Below, piece by piece: positions 8,349-16,619 of a DNA stretch of 64,000 bases. This DNA comes from an uncultured delta proteobacterium (GTDB taxonomy: Bacteria > Desulfobacterota > Binatia > Binatales > Binataceae): positions 96,001-160,000 of the forward strand of contig CAVRVY010000001.1 of the NCBI GenBank assembly GCA_963724765.1, written 5' to 3'. Position 1 is the stretch's first letter. Each line of letters starts with the position of its first letter. The position numbers and the translations under genes are program-made. The notes beneath the pieces are model-generated. The model did not search any database. It was given only the letters and a program-made list of their open reading frames with translations, and was not told where the DNA came from.

Positions 8349-10523
8349 ATGAGTGAAGGAATCGAAGTACGCATCAGCCCAAGTGCTGGCGCTGGCGGCA
8401 AGCGCCTTGCCGAGTCGCCGAGTTTTGCGTCCGACAAGCTCACCGGCACGCAGCAGCGATTCGCCGCGCCCGGCGCCGACGCACGCTCGCAGATCGCCGT
8501 CGAGCAGAAGCTCGTCGCCACGCAAACCGCGCTGGTCGCCGAGATCAAGTCGCTGCGCAAGGCCATGCAGGGCACCGCCGCCGGGTCGGCCGAGCGCACG
8601 GCGCTGAAGGCGCAGATCGACGAGCGCCTCGCGCAGCAAAAGAGCAACTTAAGCGGAGCCTACAACACAGGCGCGGTGGCGCGAGATGCAAAAGCGCTCA
8701 CCGCCGGCAAGGGCGTGGCGATGATGCCCTCCGCGCGCGTACTTGCTCAATCACTCGTCAGTGCCAGCCGCGAGACGCTCCAGGGCAATCCGCTCGGAGC
8801 GCTTAGGCATGCCGTCAGCGGTTTCAACGCCGGACGCTCTCTCGTTGGTGCCGGTGGAGGTGCCGCCGTAGCCGAGGGCGCCGAAGGTGCCGCCGAAGCA
8901 GCTGGAGGTGCCGGTATCGGCACGATGCTCGCCGCCGTCGGCGTCGCTGGCGCCGGCGCCCTGGCCTACAAGGCGTGGGAGGACCCGAACGCCGCCAAGG
9001 CCGTCCTCGGCGCGCCGCTCGCGATCATGGAGGCGAAAAAATATGGCCCGCTGGAGGAGTCGCGCCAGGGCGCCGGCTATCGTGCCGCGCGTGAATTCGG
9101 CGAGAGCGGGCAGTCGATGATCGGATCAACCACTGGCGGCCGTTGGAGTGCACTCGGCATATCGCCTAGCGACGCGACGCAAACGGTTTCGGCGATGCGC
9201 GAGTTGGGCGGCTCGAAGTACGTATCGAATCAAGAAGCATACGCGGGTGCAAAATTGGGTACGTATTTGGGATTTTCGCCCGAGCAAACCGCGCAAGTCG
9301 GCGGCGCGGCCGGGCGCCTCGGTGTCAGTCCCGAAACTGCGATCCGCACCATCGCCGCCGGTGTTGAGCGCGGCAACCAGCAAGGCCGCCAATTCGAGGT
9401 CGCATCGGCCAGTCTCGACTACCTCAAGCAGATCGCCACGTCGGCGGCCGTCAGCGGCACGACCGGTTTAACGGCGATCACGAACCTCACCTCGATATTG
9501 GCCAAAACGGGCATCGCGGCGTTCCAGGGCGCGGGCGGCGTCAGCGCCATCGGCGGCATCGAAGCCGCGCACTCAGCCGACGATATTTTCGGCGTCAAAG
9601 CCATGGGCGCCGCCTTTGCGCAATACGGCGAAGCTTCGATGCTCCGCGGCGCGCACGGCAACATTGCCAAAGCCGAGGAAATCCGCCAGGGCGGTTTCGG
9701 CGGACGCTTTTCGTCGATCTATGCGTCGTCGATCCATGGCGAGATCGCGATGGCGCGCAAGTTCGGCCCTCTCGGGTACGAAGCACTCGAAGAGCAGTGG
9801 GGCATGCCGATCGGTTCCTACATCGATCCGCGCACCGGCAAGCCCGTTAGCGTCAACAGCGCCCTCGACGATCTCGACCAGGCGATCCAAAGCGGCGACT
9901 ATCTGAAGGCCGCGAAGATCCAAAATAGTTTATTAGACAGCGGCTCGAAGAACATTTCACCGATGGCCGCCGCGAGTGCCGGCCTCGCTACGGGAGGCGC
10001 GCTCACCGGCGAAGCGACCCAGCGGACCTATGCCGCTGGTGCACGCCTCGAAACTGCCGGCTTGTCCCTGTTGCGCCGCCACCTCGACGACAAAGCGGGC
10101 GCCTCCGCGCTCGACTACTTATCGAGCACATTGGGTCCGTCGAAGCCGACGCCGGCGCCGGGTCTAGCCTACGTGCCCGAACCGCCGCTGCCGCCTGGCG
10201 GCCTTCCGACACCCCTGGCGACGCCTTTCGCGACCCCCGATGCGCTCCCGACGCCCGGCGCGCCCGCCTATGCCGCCCCAGCCGCAGGTGCCCCGATCGC
10301 GGGCGCGGGCGCGCTCAGCGGGTTAGGCGATAGGTTAGGCGATAGCGTCTCGGGCGGCGTGCTGCTGATCGCCGGATTGCTCGAACGCTTAATCGCCGCC
10401 GTGCAGGGCGGTAGTGCGCTCGGGGCACCATCGCCTGCGCCGACGCCCGCCGCGCCCGCGCCCACGCCCGCGCACGGCCCAATCGCGCCGACCGCCTCAA
10501 CCCCGAAATCGTCGCGCCACTAG
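8349..10523 (+). CDS. Tail tape-measure-like protein with Pro-rich C-terminal region
   Basis: 724 aa, Ala/Gly-rich helical; N-terminal coiled coil; hydrophobic segment near aa 190-225; LGISP/LGFSP/LGVSP helical repeats; GAGG RBS. Confidence 0.65.
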   Translation: MSEGIEVRISPSAGAGGKRLAESPSFASDKLTGTQQRFAAPGADARSQIAVEQKLVATQTALVAEIKSLRKAMQGTAAGSAERTALKAQIDERLAQQKSNLSGAYNTGAVARDAKALTAGKGVAMMPSARVLAQSLVSASRETLQGNPLGALRHAVSGFNAGRSLVGAGGGAAVAEGAEGAAEAAGGAGIGTMLAAVGVAGAGALAYKAWEDPNAAKAVLGAPLAIMEAKKYGPLEESRQGAGYRAAREFGESGQSMIGSTTGGRWSALGISPSDATQTVSAMRELGGSKYVSNQEAYAGAKLGTYLGFSPEQTAQVGGAAGRLGVSPETAIRTIAAGVERGNQQGRQFEVASASLDYLKQIATSAAVSGTTGLTAITNLTSILAKTGIAAFQGAGGVSAIGGIEAAHSADDIFGVKAMGAAFAQYGEASMLRGAHGNIAKAEEIRQGGFGGRFSSIYASSIHGEIAMARKFGPLGYEALEEQWGMPIGSYIDPRTGKPVSVNSALDDLDQAIQSGDYLKAAKIQNSLLDSGSKNISPMAAASAGLATGGALTGEATQRTYAAGARLETAGLSLLRRHLDDKAGASALDYLSSTLGPSKPTPAPGLAYVPEPPLPPGGLPTPLATPFATPDALPTPGAPAYAAPAAGAPIAGAGALSGLGDRLGDSVSGGVLLIAGLLERLIAAVQGGSALGAPSPAPTPAAPAPTPAHGPIAPTASTPKSSRH

Positions 10524-10595
10524 ATCGACGTGATTTCGTTGACGGCTTTTTTCCTAACGTAGCAGTCCCAAATTATAAGTCTGGATGAGGTTCAC

Positions 10596-10808
10596 ATGAG
10601 CGACAACTCACCCAAAGCTACGCCCTGGGCCAAGTACCGCGACGCGCGCATCGCCCATGCCCGCGAGCTGCAACAACTCGCCGCCGCCTATCGCGATGCG
10701 CCGCGCTGCGCGAAGTGTCAGATTGTGATTTCCTTGCGCCCCGACGAGGCGTGCTGCATCGCCGACTGCCCGCTGGCGCCATCCACGATGGACCGCAGCG
10801 CCCGATGA
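10596..10808 (+). CDS. Small Cys-rich hypothetical protein
   Basis: GAGG RBS; CAKC...CCIADC. Confidence 0.6.
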   Translation: MSDNSPKATPWAKYRDARIAHARELQQLAAAYRDAPRCAKCQIVISLRPDEACCIADCPLAPSTMDRSAR

Positions 10809-10967
10809 CTACTTGACTCGACTCGACTAGCTACTTACTCGGCGGGCTATTAGCGCATTAAAAAAAGGCCGAAGCTCAAACGGTAGAAATCGCTAAAAAT
10901 CTCCGTCTGGCTCCGGCCGGAGCAGCGACGATCTGACGCAAAAGATCGCGCTACCTATGACCGATAT

Positions 10968-11819
10968 TTATAAGGCGCGCCAAATCCTTCCCTGCTCCTC
11001 CCACTGGTTATAGGCGATCGTCGGAATGCCATAGCGCGCGCGCACGCTGGGTGCCACCTGCGCCAACGCGCGCATCGCAGCATCGAGGTTTACGCCGCCC
11101 AACCGCGTTTCCGTACCCGCCGCGTCGTAATTGAGCAGAATATTCGGATCGATCTGCTCGTCCATCATCGCGGCGTGCAAGCGGCTCTTGACGCTGTTAA
11201 AGCTTTTGAGCAACGCGAGCGGACTGAGACTACGGCCGCCGAAAGACTTCGACTGTGTATAGGCATCGCTGTCCATGCCCGGCCTCACCGTGCGCCGCGC
11301 AACTCGGTCGCCGCCGATCCGGCTTCGGCCCTCGCCTTGGCCCTCGCCGAGCTCCACTTCATCTTCATCAGTGGGCTCGACATATTTTTGGCGGTTGAAC
11401 GGCGTGATCTCGCTATCGGCGTGCGCACCAGGGAAGCGAATCTTCGAGGGACGGCCGCTAACCAACATTTCGTGAATCATGTCGGCGTCGGCCTCCAAGT
11501 AGTCGAAATCATCGTCGAGCGCCTGGATGCCCGCCCACTCGCGGTTGGACTCGCGAATATCCTTGCGTCGTGCTCCCTCTGCGCGTCGATCAAAGGCGTC
11601 GGCGTTCGCTTCCATGTAGTCTTTACTGTCGCTCATCTCGCGCACGCTTTGGCTACGGGCGCGCTTCGATTTCACGAGCGCATTGAGATCGTCAACAGCT
11701 TCGGCGAATGTCATTTGAACCTCATTGTGGGGAGTGGGAGTGACGCGGTAGAACCGGCCGTTGAGGAAGTCTCGTACGATGCCCGCGATCCTCATATTGG
11801 AAGTATAACGCTGTTCCAC
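10968..11819 (-). CDS. Hypothetical protein, divergent from the TerS-like gene
   Basis: 283-aa ORF with charged, protein-like composition; several KS/KSF motifs. Confidence 0.7.
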   Translation of the reverse strand: MEQRYTSNMRIAGIVRDFLNGRFYRVTPTPHNEVQMTFAEAVDDLNALVKSKRARSQSVREMSDSKDYMEANADAFDRRAEGARRKDIRESNREWAGIQALDDDFDYLEADADMIHEMLVSGRPSKIRFPGAHADSEITPFNRQKYVEPTDEDEVELGEGQGEGRSRIGGDRVARRTVRPGMDSDAYTQSKSFGGRSLSPLALLKSFNSVKSRLHAAMMDEQIDPNILLNYDAAGTETRLGGVNLDAAMRALAQVAPSVRARYGIPTIAYNQWEEQGRIWRAL

Positions 11820-11861
11820 AGTTAAATGCTATGCTCACGGCAGCGAGGCGAGCAGCGAAAA

Positions 11862-12305
11862 ATGGCCAACCCCAGCAATTTGATCCCGTTCCAGTTCAAA
11901 AAGGGCCAATCGGGCAATCCCAACGGCCGCCCCTCCGACCGCGACGCCGTCGCCCTCGCCATCAAATCGACCCGCGACGGCCTCGAACTGGTCGAGACGC
12001 TTGTCGATCTGATGCGTCACGCGAAGGCGGAAAAGACGCGGTTGGCCGCGACCTGCGAGTTGTGGGATCGCATCTATGGCCGCGTCCCGGCCGGCGAGCG
12101 CCCGTCGCTATTCGGCGCGCTCCAGGGCGTAACCGGGGTAACCTTCGCCGCCAGCTTCGGCCCGCGCCGGGGCGAAGTCGAAGCCAAGGACGCCGCTGTC
12201 GTAGAAGTTGCGGCCATCGTCGAAGCCGACTCCCATCGCGTCGATATGGACGCGCCTGACGACGCCGCAGACGACGCTGAGACACCCGAGACGCCCGTCG
12301 AATAG
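11862..12305 (+). CDS. DUF5681 / terminase small subunit-like protein
   Basis: NLIPFQFKKGQSGNPNGRP N-terminal motif; RLAATCELWDRIYGR helix. Confidence 0.72.
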   Translation: MANPSNLIPFQFKKGQSGNPNGRPSDRDAVALAIKSTRDGLELVETLVDLMRHAKAEKTRLAATCELWDRIYGRVPAGERPSLFGALQGVTGVTFAASFGPRRGEVEAKDAAVVEVAAIVEADSHRVDMDAPDDAADDAETPETPVE

Positions 12306-12410
12306 CTGAAACTACCGAATAAAACCAGCTTTGCTCGCCGACGCATGAAAAATTCGGCGCCCTGATCCCGCTAAAATTTCACCGGCGCTAAAGCGACTTG
12401 CGCTGGATGC

Positions 12411-12434
12411 TGTCGTGATTCCCGGATCGCGACA
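12411..12434. promoter_or_regulatory. Inverted repeat TGTCGTGAT-N6-ATCGCGACA
   Basis: Arm matches that of 1421-1450; a further GTCGCGAT at 12465 next to a TATAGT -10-like box. Confidence 0.4.
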
Positions 12435-12485
12435 CGTTTTTGCACCCCGTTTGTCAGCCAAAAAGTCGCGATATAGTTCTTCTAG

Positions 12486-12887
12486 GTGCAAGTCTCGCCA
12501 CATCACAACGGCGCTCCGCTCGACGCGCCGCTCACCCGCGACTCGCCGACGCTATCGCTCGACGCGATCGCATCCGCGCCGTCGCCGACCGAGGCGTTGT
12601 CGCGGTTGTCGCCCGATGCGCTCGCGGTGCTGTCGGGCCGGTGCGCGACCATCCAGGCAGCGATCCAGCTCGCGATCATCACGCGCGCGGCCGCGCTAAC
12701 CGACCACGCCAACGCCAACGGTTCCGCGCGCATGCTTAGCGCCGATGAAGCCTGCGCCATCCTGAAACGCCCGAGGCGCTGGCTCTATGACCACGCGAAG
12801 CGCATGCCCTGGATCAAGCGCCTCAGCCGCAAGTCGCTTCTCGTCGATGAGTCGATGATGATGCGCTGGATCGCTTCCCGCCACTAG
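12486..12887 (+). CDS. Excisionase-like HTH protein
   Basis: C-terminal MLSADEACAILKRPRRWLY..RMPWIKRLSRKSLLV; upstream of xre-int. Confidence 0.72.
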   Translation: MQVSPHHNGAPLDAPLTRDSPTLSLDAIASAPSPTEALSRLSPDALAVLSGRCATIQAAIQLAIITRAAALTDHANANGSARMLSADEACAILKRPRRWLYDHAKRMPWIKRLSRKSLLVDESMMMRWIASRH

Positions 12888-12924
12888 CGCGCGAGAAATT
12901 TTCACCGTTTCGACACTTTCGAGC

Positions 12925-12953
12925 TTGACAGTTACGTAACTATCAGCTACATT
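12925..12953 (+). promoter_or_regulatory. Sigma70 promoter (TTGACA-17-TACATT) with overlapping palindromic operator; probably leaderless
   Basis: TGACAGTTACGTAACTATCA (12926-12945) is a near-perfect palindrome; ATG begins 7 nt after the -10 box. Confidence 0.75.
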
Positions 12954-12959
12954 ACCATC

Positions 12960-13181
12960 ATGTCCGTTACCCATGATCGTGCGTCGGCCAAGCGTCCGCT
13001 GAAGACGCTCAACCAGCTACGCGAGCGCAAGGGGCTTACCCAAGACCAGCTCGCAGCCAAGGTCGGCGTGACGCGGGTATATATCACCCAGCTCGAAACG
13101 GGCGCTCGGGCGAACCCGTCAATCCCGGTGCTCAAGCGCTTGGCGCAGGCCCTCGGGGTCGCGCTCGACGATCTCGTTTAG
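12960..13181 (+). CDS. XRE-family HTH repressor
   Basis: LRERKGLTQDQLAAKVGVTRVYITQLETGARANPS. Confidence 0.93.
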   Translation: MSVTHDRASAKRPLKTLNQLRERKGLTQDQLAAKVGVTRVYITQLETGARANPSIPVLKRLAQALGVALDDLV

Positions 13182-13193
13182 GGGTAGAAAGCG

Positions 13194-14411
13194 ATGGAGA
13201 CGAAAGCGACTGACAGCAACGTGATCGACAGCAAGGCGACAGCGCAGGGGCAGGCGAAGGAGCGGCAGGCGAAGGGCAGGGCGCGCGGTCTAGGCGCCGT
13301 CTACCTGCGCGGCGGCACCTACTGGATCGCCTACCACCACAACGGCCGGCGCATCCGCGAATCCGCGCACTCGATCAAAGAATCCGACGCCGTGCGCCTC
13401 CTGAAGCGCCGCTACGCCGAAGCCCAGAGCGGCCGTCCGATCGGCCCGCAAATCGAGCGCACCGCGCTCAAATCTCTCACCGGGATGCTGCTCGACGACT
13501 ACCGCGCCAACTCGCGCCGCTCTCTGGATCGCGCCGAAGACGCGGTTACCCATCTCCACGGCTTCTTTGGCGAGGACCGGCGCGCAATCGGCATCACGGC
13601 CGATGCGATTGTCGCCTATCAGGCTCAGCGCCAGCGCGAATCGTGGAACAACCGGCCGGTCGCCGCCGCCACGATCAACTATGAGGTCGCGATGCTCCGG
13701 CGCGCCTTCCGTCTCGGCGCGCGCGCCGGCAAGGTCAGCGTGCGGCCGGAGTTTCCGATGCTCAACGTCGATAACGCCCGCAAAGGTTTCTTCGAGCCGG
13801 ACCAGCACCGTGCGGTGCTCGCGTACCTCCCGCATTACCTGCGCCCGGTTGTTCAAGCCGCTTACATCACGGGATGGAGAACGCAGAGCGAGCTATTGAC
13901 CCGGCAGTGGCGTCACGTCGATCTCGACGCCGGCTGGTTGCGCCTCGATCCCGGTGAGTCCAAGAACGGCGAGGGTCGGATGTTCCCGCTCACGCCCGAG
14001 TTGCGCGCGATCCTCCAGGCGCAGCGCGATCACGTCCGCACGATCGAGCGCGCAACCGAGAAGATCGTTCCCTGGGTGTTCCCGCACGACGACGGCTCGC
14101 CCATCCTCGATTTCCGCTATTCGTGGGCCAAGGCGTGCCGACTCGCGGGCGTGCCCGGACGACTCGTTCATGATTTCAGAAGGACCGCGGTGCGAAACTT
14201 GGAGAGGGCGGGCGTTCCTCGCTCAGCGGCGATGGCGATCACCGGCCACCGCACCGCGACCGTCTACCAACGCTATGCGATCGTCGATGAGGGGATGATG
14301 CGCGAGGCTGCCGACAAGCTGGCCATCCTCCACCGCGCCGGTGCCGAAGCGAGCGCTCCGAGCGCCACACCCAGCAACGGCCGCGTCCTACCGCTCACGA
14401 TCACGCGCTGA
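13194..14411 (+). CDS. Tyrosine integrase (paralog 2), tRNA-adjacent
   Basis: TGWR, HDFRR, GHRT, QRY motifs; N-terminal arm-binding-type region. Confidence 0.95.
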   Translation: METKATDSNVIDSKATAQGQAKERQAKGRARGLGAVYLRGGTYWIAYHHNGRRIRESAHSIKESDAVRLLKRRYAEAQSGRPIGPQIERTALKSLTGMLLDDYRANSRRSLDRAEDAVTHLHGFFGEDRRAIGITADAIVAYQAQRQRESWNNRPVAAATINYEVAMLRRAFRLGARAGKVSVRPEFPMLNVDNARKGFFEPDQHRAVLAYLPHYLRPVVQAAYITGWRTQSELLTRQWRHVDLDAGWLRLDPGESKNGEGRMFPLTPELRAILQAQRDHVRTIERATEKIVPWVFPHDDGSPILDFRYSWAKACRLAGVPGRLVHDFRRTAVRNLERAGVPRSAAMAITGHRTATVYQRYAIVDEGMMREAADKLAILHRAGAEASAPSATPSNGRVLPLTITR

Positions 14412-14437
14412 GCGTATCGATGCCTTCCATGATCGAA

Positions 14438-14458
14438 ACGCCACAATTACGCCACAAT
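14438..14458. repeat. Tandem ACGCCACAAT x2, probable integrase arm-type sites of the att junction
   Basis: Copies at 14438-14447 and 14449-14458, between integrase stop and tRNA 3' end. Confidence 0.6.
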
Positions 14459-14522
14459 AGATCACTCGCGCGCTCACCTATCGTGCCCCAGCCACCTAAA
14501 AACCCCCTTGATTTACTTGGAT

Positions 14523-14603
14523 TGCGAGAGGGGGGACTTGAACCCCCACGCCTTGCGGCACCGGATCCTAAGTCCGGCGCGTCTGCCATTCCGCCACTCT
14601 CGC
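14523..14603 (-). tRNA. tRNA-Leu (anticodon TAG), CCA not encoded
   Basis: Cloverleaf: GCGAGAG/CTCTCGC acceptor, CCGGA-CTTAGGA-TCCGG anticodon arm, long variable arm, GGGGG-TTCAAGT-CCCCC T arm. Confidence 0.97.
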
Positions 14604-14790
14604 GTGAAGCAAAAACGTATTGTAAATCGCGGCCTTTTTGAAGGATAGGGCTAGACTTTCCGGCCGCCAGAGCGCTGACTGTTGCGTCAAGCTGCGGACG
14701 AAGGGAGGGGGCTGGTTAGCATCGTTCTTAATCGACCAGTCCGCCGCTGCGCGTCACTTAACTGCAGATCGAGGTCCGCGCAAGTCGCCA

Positions 14791-15660
14791 TCACCAGGGT
14801 TTCGTTGCCAGGTATCCTTTGACCTCGGTGATGTACCCTAATGATTGCGCGGTGTACCATCCGCCGGAATAGTGCATACCGATGCATCCCCATAGAACGC
14901 GGTCGATGTTGCCGCTGGCAATGTCGGCGGAATACGTATTCGGCTGTTGCGCGGTGCTGGCGAAGTATCCCGCGTAGTCTCCATTCATGCAGCCGCGCTG
15001 GTCGGCGTCGCGATAGTCGGCATTAAAGGCGGTGGAATCCTTGATCATCGGCCAAGTGCCCCACTCGTAGTAGACTTTGGTCTGGAGAATCCCCCATGAC
15101 TGGTAACAACAGTCCTGGCAGCCAAAATTCCATAGAGCCGTAAAGTTGCCCTGGACGCACTGACTCTGTAGAACGCGTTTGTCGCCGCCTCCATCGCCCG
15201 GATGAGGCCCGCCCTGCCTCCATTTGCTTTCGGTCCACGCCTGTGCGCGGGTTACATCTTCGTCGATACCCCATTTGCATGCGGCCCAACGCAAAATCAT
15301 GTCAGTCGAGCCGGCATAGTGGCCATCGACGCGGAAGAAATCCGAAGCCGGGGGATTCGCCCCGAACACCGGGTGTTGGTAGAATTCGGCAAGCTGCGTC
15401 GCCGTGGGCATCGTGTGATTGAAGGGGATATTGGCCGGTATTGTTTCCGGGGTCGCGGGTATCGCCGCCGCGCATTCCTGCCCCGACGGTAGCGGCGCGT
15501 GCGGCGGCAACGTACCGAAGTGCGACTGCCCGCCCGCTGCGCTCACAGCGTCGGCGAAGAGCATGGAGGCAGCGCAAGCCGTCGCCACGAGAATTATCAG
15601 CGCGCGCACAGATGGCGTTCGGCCACGCAGCCTTGTTCGTCGACGACCTGAATGCTTCAT
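14791..15660 (-). CDS. Secreted lysozyme/lytic-transglycosylase-like protein
   Basis: Signal peptide; WAACKWGIDEDVTRAQAWTES, WGILQ and HYSG resemble SLT motifs; paralog of 19473..20651. Confidence 0.6.
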   Translation of the reverse strand: MKHSGRRRTRLRGRTPSVRALIILVATACAASMLFADAVSAAGGQSHFGTLPPHAPLPSGQECAAAIPATPETIPANIPFNHTMPTATQLAEFYQHPVFGANPPASDFFRVDGHYAGSTDMILRWAACKWGIDEDVTRAQAWTESKWRQGGPHPGDGGGDKRVLQSQCVQGNFTALWNFGCQDCCYQSWGILQTKVYYEWGTWPMIKDSTAFNADYRDADQRGCMNGDYAGYFASTAQQPNTYSADIASGNIDRVLWGCIGMHYSGGWYTAQSLGYITEVKGYLATKPW

Positions 15661-15701
15661 ATCAACTGGCTATGGCCTCGTCCTTTCCACGACAAGTGCG
15701 A

Positions 15702-16619
15702 TCAGTGCGCCGCGGAGTCTAAGCTTCGCCTCTCGCAATCCGGTATCGGTAAGGCAGCCTTCCTGGTGGAGTAATATATCCACGGCGATTCATCGTCGCG
15801 CTCGACGCATCGACCCTCCATGTCGTAGGCGTCGACAGGATCGAAGCCGGCGAGGCGTAGCTGCTCAATCTGAGCGCGTATACTGATGAAGTAGATAAGA
15901 CAGCGGTACCTCATTCCAATATCATTCAGGATCGCATAGTCGGTCTTCTTCACTTCGAAGCGGCGCATTCGCCGATGACGCAGATGTAATGCGCAAGCCC
16001 ACAAGAACGCCTTGAGGGAGCTCCACCGCCATCGCTCTGCACTCGTCACCCTCCAGGGCGGCTTGCCAACGTGCTTCCAATCCCGATTATGGGAGGAAAA
16101 CACGAATAGTCCATCTGTTCTGAGAACTCTGCGGATTTCGCGCAGCGCTCCGAGACGTCCCTCGTGAGAAAGGCAGTCCAGGCCATTGAAGGAGAACAGG
16201 GAAAAGTCAACGGAATCGTCCGCGAGGAATTGCATATTACGCGCATCGCACTGATACAGGGTGTCTATGCCGAACTTCGCCCGCGCGCATTCGATGAGCC
16301 TGGGTGAATAATCGATCCCGATATATGCGCGGCTCATCTCCAGCAGAAACGATGTGGTCCGACCGGCGCCAATCCCGATGTCGAGCAGTCTTTTTCCGGC
16401 GATCTGCGGGCGCAATTTCTCAAGGATGACGCGCTCAGTAGGAAACAGTTCCGCTTGATGCCCGAAGAACTTCAGCGCCGTTCTGCTGGAGTAAGCCCGG
16501 TGATTGTTCCTGTCGATGGCGGTTTCAGTCATCGCTGAAAATCGATCTCTTACTCGGGGTTGAAGCGGCGCACTCCAAATCGAGTTCTTTTGATGATCAG
16601 ACTGGACGCTTTCTGACAA
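15702..16619 (-). CDS. Class I SAM-dependent methyltransferase
   Basis: LLDIGIGAG, GIDYS, EIRRVLRTDG. Confidence 0.88.
   Translation of the reverse strand: MSESVQSDHQKNSIWSAPLQPRVRDRFSAMTETAIDRNNHRAYSSRTALKFFGHQAELFPTERVILEKLRPQIAGKRLLDIGIGAGRTTSFLLEMSRAYIGIDYSPRLIECARAKFGIDTLYQCDARNMQFLADDSVDFSLFSFNGLDCLSHEGRLGALREIRRVLRTDGLFVFSSHNRDWKHVGKPPWRVTSAERWRWSSLKAFLWACALHLRHRRMRRFEVKKTDYAILNDIGMRYRCLIYFISIRAQIEQLRLAGFDPVDAYDMEGRCVERDDESPWIYYSTRKAALPIPDCERRSLDSAAH

Larger units (their letters stand above)
1..14540. mobile_element. Integrative element, probable phage satellite (PICI/PLE-like), inserted at the tRNA-Leu 3' end; left boundary outside window
   Basis: Integrase converges on the tRNA 3' end. 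The region carries HTH/xis genes, a helicase plus iterons, TerS-like and tape-measure-like genes and many hypotheticals. No second copy of the tRNA 3' end found in the window. Confidence 0.8.
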
